DNA of 11,954 nucleotides from assembly GCA_039588275.1 (NCBI GenBank), contig JBDHAC010000079.1, forward strand, positions 1 to 11,954, written 5' to 3'. Below, piece after piece: positions 7,980 to 11,954 of the stretch. Position numbers and translations under genes: made by a program. This DNA is from Gemmatimonadota bacterium. GTDB taxonomy: Bacteria > Gemmatimonadota > Gemmatimonadetes > Palauibacterales > Palauibacteraceae. The notes beneath the pieces are model-generated. The model was not told the DNA's origin. It did no database searches and saw nothing but the letters and a program-made list of their open reading frames with translations. Numbering within the stretch: position 1 is the first letter of the stretch; each line of letters begins with the position of its first letter.

Positions 7980-8072
7980 CTGACCAGCCTGTGCCTGGGT
8001 TACAGGGTCGTGTCACCCTTCCCCACCCTTCACAGCCCGAGCCCACCGGCGCCCGGGAGATCGCGAGCGTGG

Positions 8073-8100
8073 ATGATACGGTCTCGCTAGGGGGCGGCAA
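8073..8100 (-). promoter_or_regulatory. Putative sigma70-type promoter for DUF72-rhomboid
   Basis: On the minus strand: TTGCCG (8100-8095), a 16-nt spacer, then TATCAT (8078-8073), in the intergenic gap upstream of the DUF72 ATG at 7979. Confidence 0.5.
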
Positions 8101-8107
8101 GCGGGCC

Positions 8108-9145
8108 CTAGTTCACTTCGAGGACGATCTTCCCGAAGTTTCGGTTCGATTCCATGTGGCGGTGCGCCTCCGCGGCCTCGGCGAACGGGAAGACGCGGTC
8201 CAGCACCGGGCGAAGCGCCGGCCCCCCGGGGTCCTCTTCGGGTCCTTTCCGGGCGGGTGCGCCCTCATCGGCCGCGAACGCGGGCAGGAAGCGCCTGCGG
8301 AAGTCGTCCGTGAGCCGTGCCTTCTCGTCTACCGAGCGGGCACGAAGGACCGTCCCGATCACGGTCGCCCGCTTCCGCATCAGGCTCCGCAGGTCCACGC
8401 TGACGTCACCGCCGCTCAGCAGTCCCACGATCACCCATCGACCGCGCGTCGCGAGGCTGGCGAGGTTGTCTTCCCAGTAGTCCGCGCCCACGGTGTCGAT
8501 GATCACGTCGGCGCCAGTGCCCCCGGTCTGCTCGAGCACCCGCTGCCCGAAGGACTCGGTCCGGTAGTCGACGCCGGCGTCCATGGGGAGGCCGGTTTCG
8601 GCGATGGCGGCCAGCTTCGTGCTGGAGGCGGTCCCGATGATCAACCCGGCCCCCCCGGCCCGCGCCAGCTGGAGCGCAGCGGTCCCGACCCCACCGCCGG
8701 CCGAGTGGATGAGCGCGGTCTCCCCAGCCGCGAGCCGGCCGAGGTCGAACAGGGCGTCAGCGGCCGTGAGGAACACCTCCGGGATCGCTGCCGCCTCGAC
8801 ATCCGACAGGCCCGGCGGGCTCGCGAGCAGCAGGGCCGCCGGGACACAGACCAGCTCCGCGTACCCGGCCCCCGGGAGCAGCCCCATGACACGGTCGCCC
8901 GGGCTCCAGCCTTCGACGTCTGGACCTAGCCCGGCGATCTGGCCCGCGAACTCGAGCCCCGGAATGTCCGTGGGGGTGCCGGGCGGGGGTGGATACCGGC
9001 CCATTCGCTGGAGCAGGTCCGCCCGGTTCAGCCCTGCCGCGCGGATTCGGACAAGCACCTCGCCTGCGCCCGGCGCCGGATCGGGGACGTCGGCGACTTC
9101 GAGCACATCCGGCCGCCCCGGCCGCGTGATTCGTATCGCCTTCAT
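8108..9145 (-). CDS. NAD(P)H-quinone oxidoreductase, PIG3 family (MDR superfamily)
   Basis: Motifs: AAGLNRADLLQRMGRYPPPPG, IPGLEFAG, AAAIPEVFLTA, LIHSAGGGVGTAALQLA, GTVLRARS and AHRHMESNRNFGKIVL. Confidence 0.93.
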   Translation of the reverse strand: MKAIRITRPGRPDVLEVADVPDPAPGAGEVLVRIRAAGLNRADLLQRMGRYPPPPGTPTDIPGLEFAGQIAGLGPDVEGWSPGDRVMGLLPGAGYAELVCVPAALLLASPPGLSDVEAAAIPEVFLTAADALFDLGRLAAGETALIHSAGGGVGTAALQLARAGGAGLIIGTASSTKLAAIAETGLPMDAGVDYRTESFGQRVLEQTGGTGADVIIDTVGADYWEDNLASLATRGRWVIVGLLSGGDVSVDLRSLMRKRATVIGTVLRARSVDEKARLTDDFRRRFLPAFAADEGAPARKGPEEDPGGPALRPVLDRVFPFAEAAEAHRHMESNRNFGKIVLEVN

Positions 9146-9238
9146 CGTATTCGCACGGGTCGCATGGCGTTTCTTGTCAGCCTCGGAGTTCTCTGAGCGC
9201 CTTTCGGGACTCTCGTATCGCCTTCAGCGCGCGTTCGC

Positions 9239-9253
9239 TATCGTCAACGCATG
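9239..9253 (+). promoter_or_regulatory. Possible -10 box directly upstream of the start codon (leaderless transcript)
   Basis: TATCGT (9239-9244) is followed by 6 nt and then ATG 9251. No Shine-Dalgarno sequence is visible. Confidence 0.35.
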
Positions 9254-9646
9254 TCCGCGTGGATGGCGAGCACCCTCGCTGATCTGGTAATGCTGGTGCA
9301 CTTCGGTTTCGTGCTCTTCGTGGGCGGCGGAGCGCTGTTGGTCCTTCGTTGGCGCCGCGTGGCGTGGGCACACGTCCCTTGCGCCGTCTACGGAGCCGCC
9401 ATCGAGTTCTTCGGCTGGATCTGCCCGCTCACGCCGCTCGAACAAAGGCTGCGGGTGACCGCCGGCGAAGGCGGATATACCGGCGGGTTCACCGAGCATT
9501 ACGTCGGTGGGCTCCTGTATCCCTCCAACTGGAACGCGGTTCACATCTACCTCGGGATCGGCGTCGTGCTGGTGAACGTGGCCCTGTACAGCTGGATTCT
9601 GGCCCGTGCGCGTCGTGGCCGCCGGAGCACCGCCGAGATCGCCTGA
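9251..9646 (+). CDS. DUF2784 family small membrane protein
   Basis: Motifs: LADLVMLVHFGFVLFVGGG, AWAHVP, WICPLTPLEQRLR, GYTGGFTEHY and LLYP; 131 aa with 3 hydrophobic segments. Confidence 0.88.
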   Translation: MSAWMASTLADLVMLVHFGFVLFVGGGALLVLRWRRVAWAHVPCAVYGAAIEFFGWICPLTPLEQRLRVTAGEGGYTGGFTEHYVGGLLYPSNWNAVHIYLGIGVVLVNVALYSWILARARRGRRSTAEIA

Positions 9647-9668
9647 GCACCGCCGAGATCGCCTGAGC
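9625..9668. repeat. Perfect 20-bp tandem duplication across the DUF2784 stop codon
   Basis: gagcaccgccgagatcgcct occurs at 9625-9644 and 9645-9664, followed by gagc at 9665-9668. Confidence 0.95.
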
Positions 9669-9723
9669 CCGTGGAGGTGCCGGGCAACCCCGAGAGACAC
9701 CGCTGCCGGTGACTGCGCCCCCC

Positions 9724-9748
9724 GCTGAGCGCGCCTAGCTGAGCGCGC
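9724..9748. repeat. 11-bp direct repeat with a 14-bp period
   Basis: gctgagcgcgc occurs at 9724-9734 and 9738-9748, separated by cta. Confidence 0.7.
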
Positions 9749-9755
9749 TTTACCG

Positions 9756-10490
9756 TCAGTCTTCCTCCGAATCGCCCAGCGCCGCGCGCGCCCGCTCCAG
9801 CCGCTCGGGCGTCCCGATGTCCTGCCAGAAGGCGTCGGTCACGTCGAAGGCGCCGATCCGCTCGCCCTCGGCGATGAGCCGCATGTAGCTGTCCATGATC
9901 GAGAAGCTGCCACGCTCGCGAAGGCTGCCGAGGATGCGTGGCGACAGGGCGTGCACGCCGGCGAAGCCGACTTCGTCGAACGCTCCGTGAGGAAGGCGCG
10001 CGACGATCTCCCAGCCCTCGGTCCTGTTGGCCCGGCCGTACACCCCGGTCTCATCCACGAGCAGGGGGCGGGTGGTGTCGCGCCTCGCGACCGCCAGCGT
10101 GGCGATCGCATCCCCGGCGAGGTGGGCCTCGTAGAAGGCGACGAGATCCAGGTCCGTGAGGATGTCGACGTTGTGCAGCAGGAACGGCGCGTCCGCGTGG
10201 AAGTGGGAGGCGGCGTGCAGTACTCCCCCCCCCGTCTCGAACGGCTCGGGCGATTCGCGCGAGAACACGACCTCCACCCCGAACCCGCTGCGCTCGGTCA
10301 CGAAGGTCTCGATCGCCCGGGCCCCATGGCACAGGTTGATGATCAGCCGCTGCGCGCCTGCCTCGATCAGTCGTCGCGCCACGCGCTCCAGCATGGGCAC
10401 CCCGCCCACCTCGATGAGCGCCTTCGGGATGCGGTCGGTGAGCGGGCGGAGCCGCTCGCCACGGCCGGCCGCCAGGATCATCGCGTCCAC
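9756..10490 (-). CDS. murU: Nucleotidyltransferase, likely N-acetylmuramate alpha-1-phosphate uridylyltransferase
   Basis: Motifs: AMILAAGRGERLRPLTDRIPKALIEVGG, ETGGG, HNVDI and WQDIGTPERL. Single domain of 244 aa, directly downstream of an AmgK-like kinase, with GAGGG upstream of the GTG. The family call is solid; the murU name rests on gene context. Confidence 0.8.
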   Translation of the reverse strand: MDAMILAAGRGERLRPLTDRIPKALIEVGGVPMLERVARRLIEAGAQRLIINLCHGARAIETFVTERSGFGVEVVFSRESPEPFETGGGVLHAASHFHADAPFLLHNVDILTDLDLVAFYEAHLAGDAIATLAVARRDTTRPLLVDETGVYGRANRTEGWEIVARLPHGAFDEVGFAGVHALSPRILGSLRERGSFSIMDSYMRLIAEGERIGAFDVTDAFWQDIGTPERLERARAALGDSEED

Positions 10491-10532
10491 GTGCCCTCAG
10501 CCCCTCCGGCCGCTCGACATCTCGCGGCTCGC

Positions 10533-11954
10533 TTACTCACGGTCACGGGGCCGCGGCCAGTCCGCGCGCTCGCGGTGCGTCACTTCGATCCTGACATCGG
10601 GCTGTACGTCGGCCAGGTGAATCGCGAGGCGCTCGGCGAAGTACACCGAGCGGTGCTGCCCTCCGGTGCAACCGAACTGGATGCTCAGCGCGTGGAAGTG
10701 GCGGCGCAAGTATTCCTCGACCTGCGCCGTGGCGAGGTCGCGCACCCGCTTCCAGAACTCCTCGGTCTCGGAACACGCCTCGAAGAACCGGATCACCGCC
10801 GGGTCCAAGCCGTTCAGGACCCGATACTCCGGCTCGCGGCCCGGATTCGGGATCGCCCGGCAATCGAACACGAAGCCGCCGCCGTGGCCGGTCGTGTCTT
10901 CGGGGTATCCGCCCGCATACCTGAAGCTGCCGATCTGCACGGTCAGCCGGTCATCGGACTCGGCGACCGGGACCTCGCGTCCCCAACGCGCGACGATCCG
11001 CTCGAGGGCCCGCTCGATCTCCGGGATCCGCGTCGGCAGTCCGCGCTCGAGGAGGACTGCGATGTTGCGTGCGGCCGCGGGCACGCTCTGGAGGAAGCGG
11101 GGCTTCCGTTCGTAAAAGCCGCGGTACCCGTAGGCCCCCATGGCCTGCAGGATCCGAATCAGGGCGTATCCGTCATAGTGCTTCCTGAAGCGTCCGCGGT
11201 CCACGTCGAGGTGCTGCGAGAGCGAATCCAGATAGTGAGCCAGGAGCTCCGCCCGCAGGGGCTCACCCAGGTCGGCCTTCGCGTCGTACAGGAGCGACGC
11301 TACGTCGTACTGAAGCGCTCCCCGCCTCCCCCCCTGGTAGTCGATGAACCACGGCTCGCCACTCCGCACCATCACGTTTCGCGACTGGAAGTCGCGGTAC
11401 AGGAAGTGGCCCGTGTCCGTCTTGAGGAGAAAGCGAGCCAGGCGGCCGAAGTCGCGCTCGAGCTTGGCCTCGTTGAACGGAACGTGCGCGAGCTTGAGGA
11501 AGTGGTATTTGAAGTAGTTGAGGTCCCACAGGATCGATTGCCGGTCGAACGCCGCGCGCGGATAGGCGAGGTCGTAGTCGATCGCCTTACCGCCCTCGAC
11601 CTGGAAGGCGGGCAGATGCTCGAGCACCCGCCGATAGAGCTCCACCAGCTCGTCGGGGAGAGCATCTTGCCCCCCCCGCCGCGCTTCGAGAATCAAATCG
11701 AAGAGGGTGGAGTCGCCCAGGTCTTCCAGGAGCCAGATCCGCGCGGCCAGATCGCGTGCATAGATCTCCGGGACGGGGAGTCCGAGCTCGCGGAACGTGT
11801 CGCTGAAGCCCAGGAAGGCTTCGTTCTCCTCGTCCTCGGGACCGAATGCCCCTACTACCGGGTCGCGGTCGGGCGACCGCAGACGCCAGTACAGGCGCGC
11901 CGATCCGTCCCCGGTGAGCCGCTCGGCGCTGGCCGGAGGGGAGCCGAAGCGCTC
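10533..11954 (-). CDS. amgK: AmgK-like anomeric MurNAc/GlcNAc kinase (APH fold) fused to a RapZ C-terminal domain; 5' end lies beyond the window
   Basis: The frame is open to the window edge, upstream of the ORF-track start at 11696: ERFGSPPASAERLTGDGSARLYWRL...EENEAFLGFSDTFRELGLPVPEIYARDLAARIWLLEDLGDSTLFDL. It continues with YRDFQSRNVM, FIDYQG, YDVASLLYD and RILQAMGAYG. The C-terminal region has SFRY, FVFDCRAIPNP and FGCTGGQHRSVYFAERL (RapZ-CTD signature). Confidence 0.82.
   Translation of the reverse strand, partial: ERFGSPPASAERLTGDGSARLYWRLRSPDRDPVVGAFGPEDEENEAFLGFSDTFRELGLPVPEIYARDLAARIWLLEDLGDSTLFDLILEARRGGQDALPDELVELYRRVLEHLPAFQVEGGKAIDYDLAYPRAAFDRQSILWDLNYFKYHFLKLAHVPFNEAKLERDFGRLARFLLKTDTGHFLYRDFQSRNVMVRSGEPWFIDYQGGRRGALQYDVASLLYDAKADLGEPLRAELLAHYLDSLSQHLDVDRGRFRKHYDGYALIRILQAMGAYGYRGFYERKPRFLQSVPAAARNIAVLLERGLPTRIPEIERALERIVARWGREVPVAESDDRLTVQIGSFRYAGGYPEDTTGHGGGFVFDCRAIPNPGREPEYRVLNGLDPAVIRFFEACSETEEFWKRVRDLATAQVEEYLRRHFHALSIQFGCTGGQHRSVYFAERLAIHLADVQPDVRIEVTHRERADWPRPRDRE

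Noticed and set aside
9142..9165. uORF MRPVRIR overlapping the quinone oxidoreductase start (ATGA)
   Set aside because: It is very short, has no convincing SD, and is indistinguishable from chance without ribosome profiling.
10533..11954. Kinase as an aminoglycoside-resistance phosphotransferase, or the gene as canonical rapZ
   Set aside because: The motifs and the murU neighbour fit AmgK. The N-terminal domain is APH-fold, not the P-loop domain of RapZ.

Overview
GC-rich bacterial chromosomal window with 11 coding regions and no recognisable RNA gene, mobile element or CRISPR array. In order: a G-rich 14-bp tandem repeat; an egtD (histidine N-alpha-trimethyltransferase) + UMF1/Atg22-type MFS transporter pair on the minus strand, with no egtB/C/E beside it; a divergent Opu/OsmF/EgtU-type ABC importer that looks broken (the ATPase runs directly into the C-terminal part of a substrate-binding protein, with no permease and no SBP N-terminus); a FadE10-like long acyl-CoA dehydrogenase; a rhomboid protease; a DUF72 protein; a PIG3-type quinone oxidoreductase; a DUF2784 membrane protein; and a peptidoglycan-recycling pair, a MurU-like nucleotidyltransferase and an AmgK-like kinase fused to a RapZ C-terminal domain that runs off the window edge. 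The best leads are a possible hercynine/ergothioneine make-export-import locus, the deletion junction near 3521-3530, the AmgK-RapZ-CTD fusion, and a possible 23-aa leader ORF coupled to egtD. All family calls come from motif recognition by eye; no database search was run.
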